Origin: the human T2T-CHM13v2.0 reference genome, Homo sapiens
Reading direction: 5' to 3' (one strand)
Length of the DNA stretch: 64,000 nt
NCBI RefSeq assembly: GCF_009914755.1
Contig: NC_060932.1
Positions 12,908-26,300 of the stretch are shown in pieces (the first letter of the stretch is position 1; every line of letters starts with the position of its first letter). The position numbers and the translations under genes were made by a program. The notes under the pieces are model-generated. The model ran no database searches. It was not told where the DNA came from and was given only the letters and a program-made list of their open reading frames with translations.

Positions 12908-15900
12908 TGCATCTATCTGTGTATTTGCTTATTTAACCTCAGACACACAGAATCGGATTAATTAGAGTCCTTGATTCAGCACACGTTCTCTTCATTGATC
13001 CTTACTCCTTTATTTTATTTTTTAATGCTATTTTTTGTTTGTTTGTATTTAATAGTAAGATAAACACTGTGAACTCACCACTTACCTCTCATCATGAGAG
13101 CGCTGGTGCCCACCTCCACCTCCGAGTTCCACATATCCCATTACCCTGCCTTCCCCGTCCAAGGAAACCACTGTCTGGAATCCTTCGTCATTCAAGCCTT
13201 TTCACAGTATGGCTCTTTCCAGCCTTTTATTTCTCTACTGTTTCGCTTGGAAACTCTACATTTCTAAGACAGTGTGGTGCCTCTGAGCTCTGTGGCTTTT
13301 GCTCCTGCTAGCCTTTCTTCATAAAGTCTTTCAGCCCCACAAGTGTCGCAGCTTTTCAAAGCCTTTCCCATCCTTTAAGGTCCTACTTTTCTTTTCCATG
13401 AAGTCTTCTCTGGGCCACGATGACTGGGGAATCCTCACTGTCTTCTGAAGTTCTGCACGTACTTACTCTGCACATAGTCGGCGGTGAGGTATTCATCACA
13501 TTGAAATCGAGTTACATGTGGTCCTGTTCTATAGTCAACCAAAACTCCTGGGGTAAAAATGCTGCTTTTCATCTTGGCAATCTCTATCCTAACCAGCACA
13601 GTGCCTCGCTGAATATTAGAGGCCTGAGAATTTTCTTTGTTTTTTTTTCAGAGTGATTTTTTTTTCTCTGCTTTATTTAATACTTTGAAGCAGCACACAT
13701 TTCAGTTTGCTTTATGCTTGATTTTTTTTTATTTCTTCTAAACAAACGAGATACATGTGCAGAACGTGCAGGATTGACACAAATAATAGCTGGCAGAGTG
13801 TCCTAGGAAAGACTCCTCAGATGTTATAAATAATACACAAACAAAAACACACACAAATATTTACTGAAGACTTTTCTTGCTCTGCAAGGCACTGGCTGTG
13901 TGATGCAGAATAAAACCGACAAAATTCTTGCCATCTGGGATGTGCATGTTATGTCAGCACAGGGAAGAGATCAAGTGTGTGTGCATAGGACATCAAGAAT
14001 ACAATAAAACAAAGTGGACAAAAGGAAGCGAGGGTGGTGAACACAGGACACCTGAATGAAGGACAGAGTTGTTGGAAAAGGACCCCTGAGTGCCCAAGGG
14101 AGGAGCTGGCCTGGAGTAGTGAGGGCAAGGTGATTGCAAATGAGGCCTTGGTGATTGGAAATGAGCTCATCCCCACATCTTATAAATAGTTCTCCAAGTT
14201 ATCCGAGGCAGGTTATTCTGTGGCAAAGACGCCTCAGCTAACTGGATGCAGAAGAGACAACTGAATAGAGCCTCATGGTCTCGGAGTCTTTTTTTTTTTT
14301 TCCTAGGTTATTGGTGTTCATTTCTTGTTTTTTTTTTTTTTTTAAGACATATCTTTGGCATTTTGTACCTACCTTCTGTTCTAAATTTTGCATTTTTACT
14401 ACTTTCAAGTGGGTGGACTTTGTTGTGGTGGGTAGTTCAAGATTCATCATACAAATGTGATTGTGCTTCGAAACTCCCACCAGTCTGACGCACGCATGGG
14501 TTTTCTGGCAACATTTGCCATCTACAGCACTCTCTTTGATCACCTTCATCATCTTCCAACATTCCTGCCACAGTCACTTCCCAGAAACTTGCTAATCTGT
14601 AATAGAAACCCTCAGATTCCTATGGTGAATTTGTAATCAAAAGTCACATATTGATTTCAAAATCAATACACACTTTAAAAATAACACTACAGATTTAGCA
14701 GCTCAGGGAGGAAGGAAACCGTAAGTTCATCTGGTGCAGCTACCCGTCTGGGATGTGAATTCCTCCTCTTCATGAAATGTTTACATTCATATCACAGTCT
14801 AGGGTTTAGTGAACCATAAAAAGCTGAAAGTTAATGCAAACAGAAGTCGCCCCCAAAACATATACCAACTGATTTAAAAGGAGACACAGCAGATGGAGAT
14901 TATTGTGAAAAGAACTCTTACTGGACAATTTTTTTGTTATTTTAATCTCTGCTTATCCCAATTCTTTTAGCTGCATATACTGAGACACTTCACATCTATA
15001 ATAAACTTGGTACCAGAACACAATTCATTCCAGACCTAACTCTTTTAGATCATTATAACCGGGGGAGGAAAAAAGTTAAAAAGGCTTATCTATCTTAAGA
15101 AGTATTTCTCAGTGTTCGCTACACGTCACTTAATCTTTTCCAAAATTTGACAATATACAAAGCAGTTTGTAGTGACTTTTCATAGTGACTCTACAATAAA
15201 ATGGGCCTGTCCTCCTTGCTTTTCCAAATGCAGTCATCATCTGACAAGGTTTAGCTATTTGGGGAAGTCCTTGCTTGCAAACGTAGTTCTTTTGCCAAAC
15301 AGGTTTGGTCAAACTGTGTCCCCTAGTTGCACAGTTACCCCATATTTGATTAACAAATAGCAAAACAGAGATAATCTCAGAAATATTCAAGAGTCTCAAA
15401 CCCCAAATAAAATATAGGCATCCTCCTGTTGAGTCGAATTGGCAATTTTGATTAGCAAGGCTCATGAAGCAGTAGATATCCCCTCTGATCCCCATCCCAG
15501 TGCGAGGGCACAGTGAGTTGTATTTTCTAAGTATAAACTATTCTCTAGCAGTTCGGCTGGAGTATTGGGAGCAAAACTGTATTTTTCTAATATTTTCAGA
15601 CTAAGACAGTGTCTCTGTTTTCTGGACTTTTCCGTGGCAAATGAAGGATTTATCAGCAATACAAAGAAAGTTCTCCCAGTGGGTACTCCACGGGGAGAGG
15701 AGCTGGGGTCTCACTAGTGCACAGCCATAAAAGACACCACAAGCATATTACACGTGAAGCAGGATCCGTGCCCACCACAGCAGTTGTCCCAGGAGTTTCC
15801 TGTTTGAATGAGACACTTTGGGTGGATACTGCAGGGAGGGAGAAGCTGTGTGTGGCCACCACAGCTGGAAGCGTGGCCTGGTGCCCTCACAGCTGTCTGG

Positions 15901-16438
15901 GAGCCCCTTCCCGGGAACGCCGGCTTTTCCCGGGTGCACCATTGCAGCTGGAGCCGTTGTCGGCCGCCTCGAAAACATGCAGTTGGGCTGCTCTGGCAGG
16001 CTTCTCCAGCCCTCCTCCCAAGGTTTACCTCTCTAAATGTCAAAAGGGAGAGAATACTGTATTTGTTTTTCCCTCTACTGAAATTTATTTGTGACATCAG
16101 GCATCACTTTCACCTTAGTCATTTTGGCTGGATTCCCATACTCAATTAAATATCCTTCCTTCCATATGGCCCATAGGAAGAGAGAGAAATTACATGTAAC
16201 TGGTCTTTCCTCCTCTTTATAAAGTCTGGTGGCTGAGCAACTTGGCCTGTACTTCCTTCATGACCCACCATCCCATGACTGCAGGGCAGTTTTAAACACA
16301 GCAGCTTGGTTTCTATTGCACGGAAGCTGGCCAACAGTCACAGTGTGCATTTTTCTATTGCACCTCCTTGTGTTAACCCAAGTTCACTCACAGCTGTAAC
16401 TACAGAAGTTTTTCTGAAAGCAAGTGAAGCCATCCTTC

Positions 16439-16766
<328 letters not shown>

Positions 16767-19700
16767 TAATACAGATGGGACCAACTAAGTTTCTCAGACC
16801 ACTCAGGGAAGCTAGTCTTGCATAGACAAAATATACACCCTCTTACCTGCCCCACCTTTAAGGCTGGTCCCCAGGGTCCGCGCTCTGTCCTCCAGCCTCC
16901 ACGCTTCCCTGTGACTAGCCTCTGTGGTCAAAGGTGCTTGCTGATGCAGCCTCTGTACAGCCTCCATGCAGTGCGTGTCTTTATGTGGAGGAGACCGCCC
17001 TTCTTTCAGCAGTTATTGAGCATCTACCCACTCTGTGCCGGTCATAGGGCTTAGAACTGCATGTCTGGGGGGAATTCTGCAAAGAGAGCCTGAAATAAAG
17101 GCAAACAGTGAGAGACGGCCAGGAGAAACCATGAGCACTGCAGTGAGTATCAAGGGACAAAGCTGAAAAAGGAAGACTGAACGCTGAGCTTCAAGCCATT
17201 CATTTCTATGGGCCGCGGGAGCCCTTGAAAGTCTGTGGGCAAGTTTTGGTGAGATTAAGCTGGTAGTTCTGTTCAGGACAGGTTGAAGGGATGAGAGATT
17301 AGGACACTTACCACCTGAATCCTGTCGCTGGCTTTAGTTTAAACCACCCGTAATGTAGACATCCTGACTTAGAATTCCCTGTGCTGCTTCCTTTCTGATG
17401 GAAACAGCTCTGCTAACAGAGTGCAGGCTGTGGGAGCCGAGCCCCGTTGCAGGCAGCCTGCAGGCCGCAGTTTCCTCGGCTTACCACCCAGCGCTTTTCA
17501 TTCGGCTCAGCGCTAGGGACCTCTGCTTCCACTTCTCGGTGTTGGAAATTGCCATTTATTTTTGCTGTCGATGATCTGTATTGACTTGGCCTGAGTATGC
17601 GTGCACGTCTCTGGTGGTCTGAATTATATAGACCAGAAGGGTGTCTGATGCCGCTTTTATAAAAAATAATAATAATTTGAAAGGAAAAATGACTCACTGA
17701 AGTCTGGCAAATACAGAGCCCTCTCTCTGAATCGACTTCTCACTTGGCCATGTTGAATTCCAACTGGGTGTCCTCAGACATTTCTATCCCAAGATCTACT
17801 CCTGGCTTAGAATCTGTTTTGTTTTGTCTTATTTCAGCTCATGGTTCTTGTTCCCCCAGCTTTATGGGGTATAATTTCCATACAATAGAATTCAACACTT
17901 TCAATGTGTGGTTGGATGGCTTTTGGCAATTGTATACAGTTTTGCGATCACCCCTACACTCAAGATATAGAACACTGTTTCTCGTCTGGTGATTGCTGGA
18001 CATTGAATTCTTTCCAGTTTTCACTGTTATGAATCTGACTATGATTTTTGGCATGGATTTGTATGTAGCTATAAATCACTTGGTAATTTTTCAGAAGAAT
18101 AGCAGTCTTGGGGCCTGGATGGCTTATTGTGGTCTCAAAAAGTTCCTGATGATAAGGTTGCAGCCTCATGCTTCTTTATAAGAATGCAGTATTACTTGCA
18201 AGGGAGCTTGGGTAGATAAGAAAGCAAGAAAGTCCATGTGGAGACCCTGTCCAGAGAGCACAGACATGGACTAAGTTAAAGGATGGTAAATTAGCAATGC
18301 CCAAAAGCACATGGAGGAGATACTTCCCCTCCTGACTCTATTGGTGATGCAGTTTATTTGTCTGAGCTATCTGAGCAAGTTTCCTCTCACTTACGTGCTG
18401 GGGACAGCAGATTCCAATGCAGAGTCCTTAGAGCTCAGGCTCCCCTCAACCTGACGCATCTCTCAACCATTTGTCTTAAGCTGTCTGAAGTCAGCTTCCC
18501 ATCTTGGGGAGGTAGAAGTGAAAGGGTTTCCACTTTGCCAAGTGAGCGTATATGGGGAGACTGAGGGTGTGGAGTTGATGATGGTTGTGGGGTGGCTGAC
18601 AGTGTCCACAGGGCTAGTCTTGAGGCAGGCTGACACTGGGGCCAGATGGGACCACTGTGCCTCCTGTCCCCTCCACCTTCTCCTAGTCCAGGAAGGGAAT
18701 AGCAGCAGCTGCTCTCAGTGGGGCATTCTTTTTCCAGAGCCAGGCCAGCCCAGGAGTGATCCCTTGATAAAGCAAGTCACTGTTATCAGAGCAAGAACTA
18801 TACATTCACTTAAAACTTTTTTTTTTTTTAAGTGTAAAATGGGACTGCAACAAAAAGAAAATTGTGCTTAGGAGAATGTCCCTCAGAAAATGTACTTTAT
18901 GATTGCGAGGAATATTTGCCAAGGTCTTTGGGGTAGGCTGAGCCCCTTCACCTCCCTGGGGACATGCTAGGATGGCAAGAGAGGATCAGACATCTCCCAG
19001 GGAGGCTGTGTCCAGCCGGGCTCCTGGAGTGGCGTAAGTCTGGTTGAACCAGCACTGAACTGCCTGAGTCCATGTGAACGCATTGAACTGTTAAACCGTG
19101 TCTCTGGCGGCCACATCTCCGGGCTTCACCCGCTGCTCTCCCCTGTCCTGCAGGTACAAAGTCAATAGTCAACCTCAGTTTTGAATGTTACAAAATTATT
19201 AGCCTCTCCATAGTTCTTCCCATGGCTTCTCACCCAAGCCTTCTGCTCCTCTCTCCTCTCTGCCCAGGTCTCACCAGCTGCCCTTGGGCCAGGTCACTGC
19301 AGTGTCTGCCAGCACCACGACAGGCAGGCTGGAGGCCCAGTTCTCACAGAAAAGACTCGAAAGGGGGCTTTCCATCCTTTATAGTCTACCTGCTACTTAT
19401 AGGCCACCAGGACAAAGGATCAAGGTGGCAAGGCAGAAATTGCAGCACAGAGCGAATGGAAAGGCAGTCACTGAAGGGATTCTTTTGCTTTTACAAGTAG
19501 ATTTTTCTTAAACAATCACTGTATGAAAACAAAAGTACAAAATTATTAAAACACCTGGATGATGAATTGACAACAAGAGTTTTTCTGGAACATCCTCCTG
19601 TGGGCTCGGGGAAGACAGTTTTTTTCTGTGGTGATAGATGGTCAGGAAATGTAGTGACATAGAAGTGAAGGCATTTTACAGAGCTCACCTTAATCAATGG

Positions 19701-21340
19701 CTTTTTCACTTATTAAGTTTTCTTTTATTTTTTCCTTCTTCAAAAACGACTGATACCTTAATTTATGGGAATTGTTTCCAGTAAAATTGGGACAATGATA
19801 GTGAGTGGAGAATATTTATATGCTATACTTCCTGTCTTCCTTCATCTTTTATTACTGAGGATATTGACATGAAAACAGGATCTTTGTATCCAATGAGTTC
19901 ATCGACGGCCGATTTCCCACCAGAAATTCCAGGCTTTCTGACATCAGCGTGCATTGCTCTGCATGTCACTTGGAGCACCGGCATCTGGAAATGATGAAAT
20001 CCTGAACAACAAAGTTTGTTTTCAGGAAGACAAGGCAGTGGGGAAGGGAAGGGTGCTAAGCTTCAGTGACTGCCTACTGTGTGCCAGGCATTTTCATCTT
20101 CCATCTCGATAGAATGTCTAACTGTGCTCTGAGATGAGAACTATAAATAGCTGGTCAGCCAAAAGTTTTCTGCTTTTTCTTAGTGATCTCAAGTGTTTCC
20201 ATGACACGTGCTGCAACCAAATACATTAAGTGTAAATTGCCAAAGACCTGTTGATTTCCAAACCATTATATAGTCATGGGAATGCTTGTATACCTGAATT
20301 GTCATAAAATTGATGAGATGCGAAGATACAGCAGAATATATCAGATAATTCTGCAGAACTCTTATTATGGAAATGAAAATAATTCAATAGAGAAGTCTCG
20401 ATTCATAAAAGACTAGTTTTACTCTAAAGTATCTAAAAGACATGCATTAAAAAGACATGGCACTGTCCCCGAAACGATCTTGCTGTGTTGCATTTCAAAT
20501 GGTACCTTCATTTTGAAACTTTGCACATTAGCACGTTCTTTATAATAGCAAAAAGTGGGGGAGTGAGGAACATTTGGTGCCGGAAGAATGATTAGGTAAA
20601 GCACACCAAGCTGAAAAAAGTATTTTTGCAGAGCGTTTTCAAGAGCATGGAAGAGTGTTATAATGTTAAGTGAACAACAAAAAAAAAAAAATACAGATCC
20701 AACTATGTAATCATTACACATAGAAATAAAAATGAGCAATAAAGCCAGGATGTCAGTGAGGATGGAGTGGAGGGAATGTCCTAAATGTGCGTTGGCCCAT
20801 CATCACCTCATGCATGAAGTGAATGGAAACATTTGGTTTATGTTTTCTGGAATGTCTCATAAGCCATTGTAACCAAAAACTACACCATGAACAAAAAGCA
20901 AAGCAGGCCCTGGGTGGGAAGCTGAGGAGGTTGGCAGTTTCTCAAACTCATGTCAGATGCCCCTCGGCCACTAGACAGAATCTGCTGCTATCTGGGTTCT
21001 GGTTGACCAGAGGCCTAATCTGGAATCTGGTTCTAAAAACCAATTTTTGTTATAGGGCTTGCTGGATACAAATCTGCAATGAGACATTGTCACAAGCAAT
21101 AGCTTAAGAAAAACATAAAGGAAAAAATAATAATAAGTTTTTGGAAATAAGCCTGGAAAAGCAGTTTATTGCCATCTGCTAACTCATTTGATTCTTGCAG
21201 TAACCCTAGGGTAGGTATGATGGTGATCTCTGCTTCAAAGATGAGAAAATCGAGGCTGCCTCAGGTCACTTGACCTCCTCACAGGCCAGTGGAGACTGGC
21301 TTCAGACTCGGGCCTTTGGACCTCAAGGCCCTGGTCTTCT

Positions 21341-21660
<320 letters not shown>

Positions 21661-22613
21661 AAGGCCTTGGTCTTCCTATCGCATTTTGACACCTTGCTCA
21701 GTACGATGAGTAGTTAAAATCACTGTCATTGGCTACATGCCTACTTTTTATAGTCACTCTACTTATTGTGGTTTTGGCTACATCCTAGTTGAACTCTAGG
21801 GCTAGTGTTTATTAAGGTCTTGATCTCATATGGCATTTGTAGACAATCGAATGTTGAGTGATAAGCCCTGGTAACGTGATTTCTCACTGCTGGCCCGTGA
21901 AGCCATGGAAATGTTCCCATGGAAATCACCCCATGTGTGGAATGAATGGTCAGTGGAACATAGGCATCTTTCTCTCCTGTCCTCTAGGTTTTAAAATACC
22001 TGAATGTCCTGAAATGCAAGAGTATCCTAAGAGCACTTTAGAAATATCTTTGCGGTTTCTTTCTGGTGTGCTTTGTGGGTTGGGTGAGGTACCGTATTCC
22101 AGGACACGTGGCCCTTAGAGAAACAAATAATTTCCTTTCCTCCTGCTTCAGTGTTATTGGTAAAGTGGGAAGGTAGCCCCAAGACACTCAGCTCCTGCAC
22201 TGCATTTGGATAGAAGGGCGTTCAAATTCCACCAGGGACAACTTCGTCTAACCCCCTAGAATTCCTCATTTTGACCCTTGGCATACTCTATATTTGTTGA
22301 AATACAAAAAAAGGAGTTGAAAGTGAGTCTATCTATATGTAGTAGGTATATCGTGTTCACTGTAAAATTCCTTACTGTATGTTTAAAATTTTTCAGAATA
22401 CAATGCTGGGGGAAACCTATGGAACAGAAGTAGGGAAAAAATTCGACAACGCAAAGTGAGAGTGGGAAACCATGTGAAGCTCTGTTAGAGTATCATCACT
22501 AATCTCTTTTTTCCTTATACCTATATTCATGAAAGCAAATAGAGAACAATACAATATAGTGTAACACCGTGTACCCATCACTCAGCATTGCTCAATCTTA
22601 GTTATCATTATGG

Positions 22614-22866
22614 TTATTATTATTATTATTATTTGAGACAGGACCTTGTTCTGTCACCCAAACTGGAGTGCAATGGGGTGATCCTGGCTCACTGCAGCTC
22701 AACCTCTCGGGCTCAAGTGATCCTCCCACCTCAGCCTCCCAAGTAGCTGGGACTACACGTGCGTGCCACCACACCCGGCTAATTATTTTTGGTAGAGACA
22801 GGGTTTTGCCATGTTGCTCAGGGAGGTCTCAAACTCCTGGACTCAAGCAATCCTCCCACCTTGGCC
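22614..22866 (-). mobile_element. AluJ, 5'-truncated, (TAT)n tail
   Basis: Alu reverse complement. Confidence 0.9.
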
Positions 22867-23075
22867 AATTTTAATATTTTATTATAGTTGTTTCCATTTT
22901 TTGTGTTTTTCATAAATTAAATCTTGTAACTATTATATATTTCACAGAATATTATAAAGTTAAAGCTCCCTTTGCATCTTTCCCTCTCCAATTCCATTCT
23001 TCCTCTCTCTCTAAAAGTAACTGCTGTCCTGAATTTAACGATGATTTTTAAAGTCATCTAGGCTCTCGTTTTTCT

Positions 23076-23425
23076 TTCTTTTTTTTTTTTTTTTTTTTTT
23101 TGTTGTTGCTGTTGTTGTTTGTTTGTTTTAATTGAGAAGGGGTCTCACTCTGTCACCCAGGCTTAAGTGCAGTGGCGCTCTGTGGGCTCACTGCAACCTC
23201 TGCCTCCCAGGCTGAAGTGATCCTCCAACCTCAGCCTCCTGGGTAGCAGGGACCACAAGCACGTGCCACCACACCTGGCAATTTTTTTTTTTTTTTTGTA
23301 TTTTTGGTGAAGACGAGGTCTTGCCATGTTGCTCAGGCTGGTCTCAAACTCCTGAGCTCAAGTGATTTGCCTGCCTTGTCCTCCCAAAGTGCTGGGATTA
23401 CAGGCGTGAGCCACCGTGCCAGGCC
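23076..23425 (-). mobile_element. AluJ
   Basis: TSD ggctct(c/t)gtttttct at 23061-23075 and 23426-23440. Confidence 0.92.
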
Positions 23426-23533
23426 GGCTCTTGTTTTTCTCTTCCCCCTACACCCCAAATAAACACAGAGCTTTATTCCTGCCTCAGTCAAATTGCTGCT
23501 TCAAGGCCGCAGTTTGGACACTATGTTTTTTAG

Positions 23534-23836
<303 letters not shown>

Positions 23837-23855
23837 CTCAACTTATAATTTATGA

Positions 23856-24114
<259 letters not shown>

Positions 24115-25137
24115 CAGACACCATGTTTTTATGGCTGGATTTTGTCTTTGCTCTGGTTGCGGTCTTAGGCACCCTTATAAATAGAGCTTTGAAGAGAACA
24201 TTACCAATGTATTTTTAATGAGGTCATGTTATAAAATTGTCGCATAGGACTTCTCAAGAAAAGACAGCCTCTTCCTTGCAAGATACTTTCTTTTGCAAAG
24301 ATTGAGATCATTCCACAACAATAGACCTCTGTTCATTGCTTCCTTCTTATGCAAAAGTGGCCGTCCCTCCCATCAGAAGGACCCCCGCTGGCACTCTGTC
24401 AGGTAGACAGAAGCATGGATAGAAGGCTGGTGGTGAGCTCCAGGTGCCTTCCCTATTGTCTCTTCTCTCCTATAACCTCGTATAACCTTCCTGGGTTTTC
24501 CTGGGTGCATGTTTTTTTGTTGTCATTGGTGTTTTGACAGCTGGCTGTCCAGGCAAGGCTGCTGTGTTTGAGCAGAGGTTTGCTGAGTTGAGCAGGGGTG
24601 TGGCTGCAGGGCCTAGCCTGGCCTCCCAGGAGCCCCCGCTCCCCGTGTGCCCAGGTCATACCCAAACAGGAGCATTCCTTATGCTGGTCCTGGACAGCGT
24701 TTCTATTAAAGGGTTCTTTGTGTTAGGAATGTTCAGCAGAGCGCCATGAGCCGGGTGAGAGTGGAATGAGTGGTTTACCCAGGGCACCTCTGGACCCTGG
24801 GAGTCACAGCTGTGGAATTTTACTGGAGTTTTCACTGCAGTGCAGCCCAGGGTAGGACACAGAGGGCTTCCACTCCCTTGGAGCATGCTAATCTTTCCAA
24901 AACACTCATTCGTGGGCCCTCATAGAAGCTCCTAGGGCATTACCAAGAAATAGCAGTCCTTGATCATATCCAGTGAATTCTGAAACAGTGAAGGAATTTA
25001 GATCTCATGTGTCCATGTTGCTGAGGGCGTCCTGGGCACAGAGCCTGCTCGCATCAGGCCAGATTGTTTGGAGTATTGCCAACTGGCCTTTTTTCTGGAG
25101 AAGAAAGTACTGACGCTACGAAGACTTCAGTGTTCTC

Positions 25138-25187
25138 CTGCAGGGGACTGCAGGGGACTGCAGGGGACTGCAGGGGACTGCAGGGGA
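25138..25187. repeat. (CTGCAGGGGA)x5 tandem repeat
   Basis: Directly visible perfect 10-bp period. Confidence 0.95.
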
Positions 25188-25595
25188 AGGGAGGATTGGC
25201 CTGTCACTTGCCATCTCTCATTTCTGCGATGCTACAGAGAGGGAAGGGGAGGCATACATATGTCAGAATCTAAATTACAGCATGTGGAAAGACCTGCCCT
25301 CGGGGTCAGAGCACACCAGGCTGGGGAGGACCTAGTTTAAAGGGATAGAAGAGACATTACTTTAGCTCCTTCTCTTCAGGGGCTCCATAATGGTTTTAAA
25401 CTGTTCTTTAAAATCGAAGTTTTTCTAATCTACTTTTGACTTATGTATTAACCAAGAACCTCTTGTAAATCTTAAGACTATATAGTTGTCAAAGACAGGC
25501 AACTTGAGGTTGAGTCTGTTGCTAACTAACTTACTGACTTCGCACAAATCACTTTGTCTTTGGGAACCTCGCTCCCCTATCAGTAAAACAGAGAT

Positions 25596-26300
25596 GATTG
25601 ATTGATTCAAAAGCATTCACTGAGCACCCACTCAGCTGCGAGGCACTGCCTGCATACTTGGGATATGTCAGGGAGTGAGAGAGGCAAGGATCCCTGTCCA
25701 CATGGAGACTTCATTCCAGCAGAGGAGACACACAGGAATGAGTGAATGGAATAAGCAAATAGGGTATGTACTGTAGGAGCAAACAAGGGATAGAAACATG
25801 GGAGATGGGTCAGGAGTGTGGACTCGAGTCCACAGCGCTAAACTGTCCCATTGAGAAGGTGAATGAGTTAAAAGAGATCAGGAAGTTGGCCAAGTAGATG
25901 CAGGGGAAAAGTGTTCCCTGGAGAGGGAGCTGGCCAGCTGCATGCACAAGGCCTGATGGATGGCTGAGCCAGTGGGGAAGAGGAGGCAGCAGCACAGTCG
26001 GGATGAACTGGCAGGTGGGCTTCTGCTCCAGAAGAGATGCGGGAGCCCTGCAGGTTTGAGTGAAGAGTGCATGGTCCAACACGGTCTTCAGAGCATCGTT
26101 CCAGCTGCTGCAGGTTTGAGTGAAGAGTGCACTGTCCAACAAGGTCTTCAGAGCATCATTCCATCTGCTGCAGGTTTGAGTGAAGAGTGCACTGTCCAAC
26201 AAGGTCTTCAGAGCATCATTCCGGCTGCTGCACAGGGAAGAGCATCAGGGGCAAGAGTTGATGCAGACAGTAATAGATGGTAATAGAGTCAGATACAATT
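25596..26300 (-). mobile_element. L2 3' remnant
   Basis: attgattcaaaagcattcactgagcaccc...aggcactg...ccctgtccacatggag resembles the reverse complement of the L2 3' end. Confidence 0.6.
26048..26232. repeat. 60-bp minisatellite, 3 copies
   Basis: ctgcaggtttgagtgaagagtgcactgtccaacaaggtcttcagagcatcattccrkctg x3; copies 1 and 2 differ at 5 positions, copies 2 and 3 at 2. Confidence 0.95.

Noticed and set aside
14340-14620. Processed pseudogene ending in a minus-strand poly(A)
   Set aside because: No recognisable parent gene, poly(A) signal or TSD.
1-15000. ANGPT2 coding exon 1 on the minus strand
   Set aside because: No MWQIVFF... frame in the ORF track; the gene must lie outside the window.
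26048-26232. CRISPR-like array (also 54860-54954)
   Set aside because: Head-to-tail repeats without unique spacers, in eukaryotic DNA with no cas genes.
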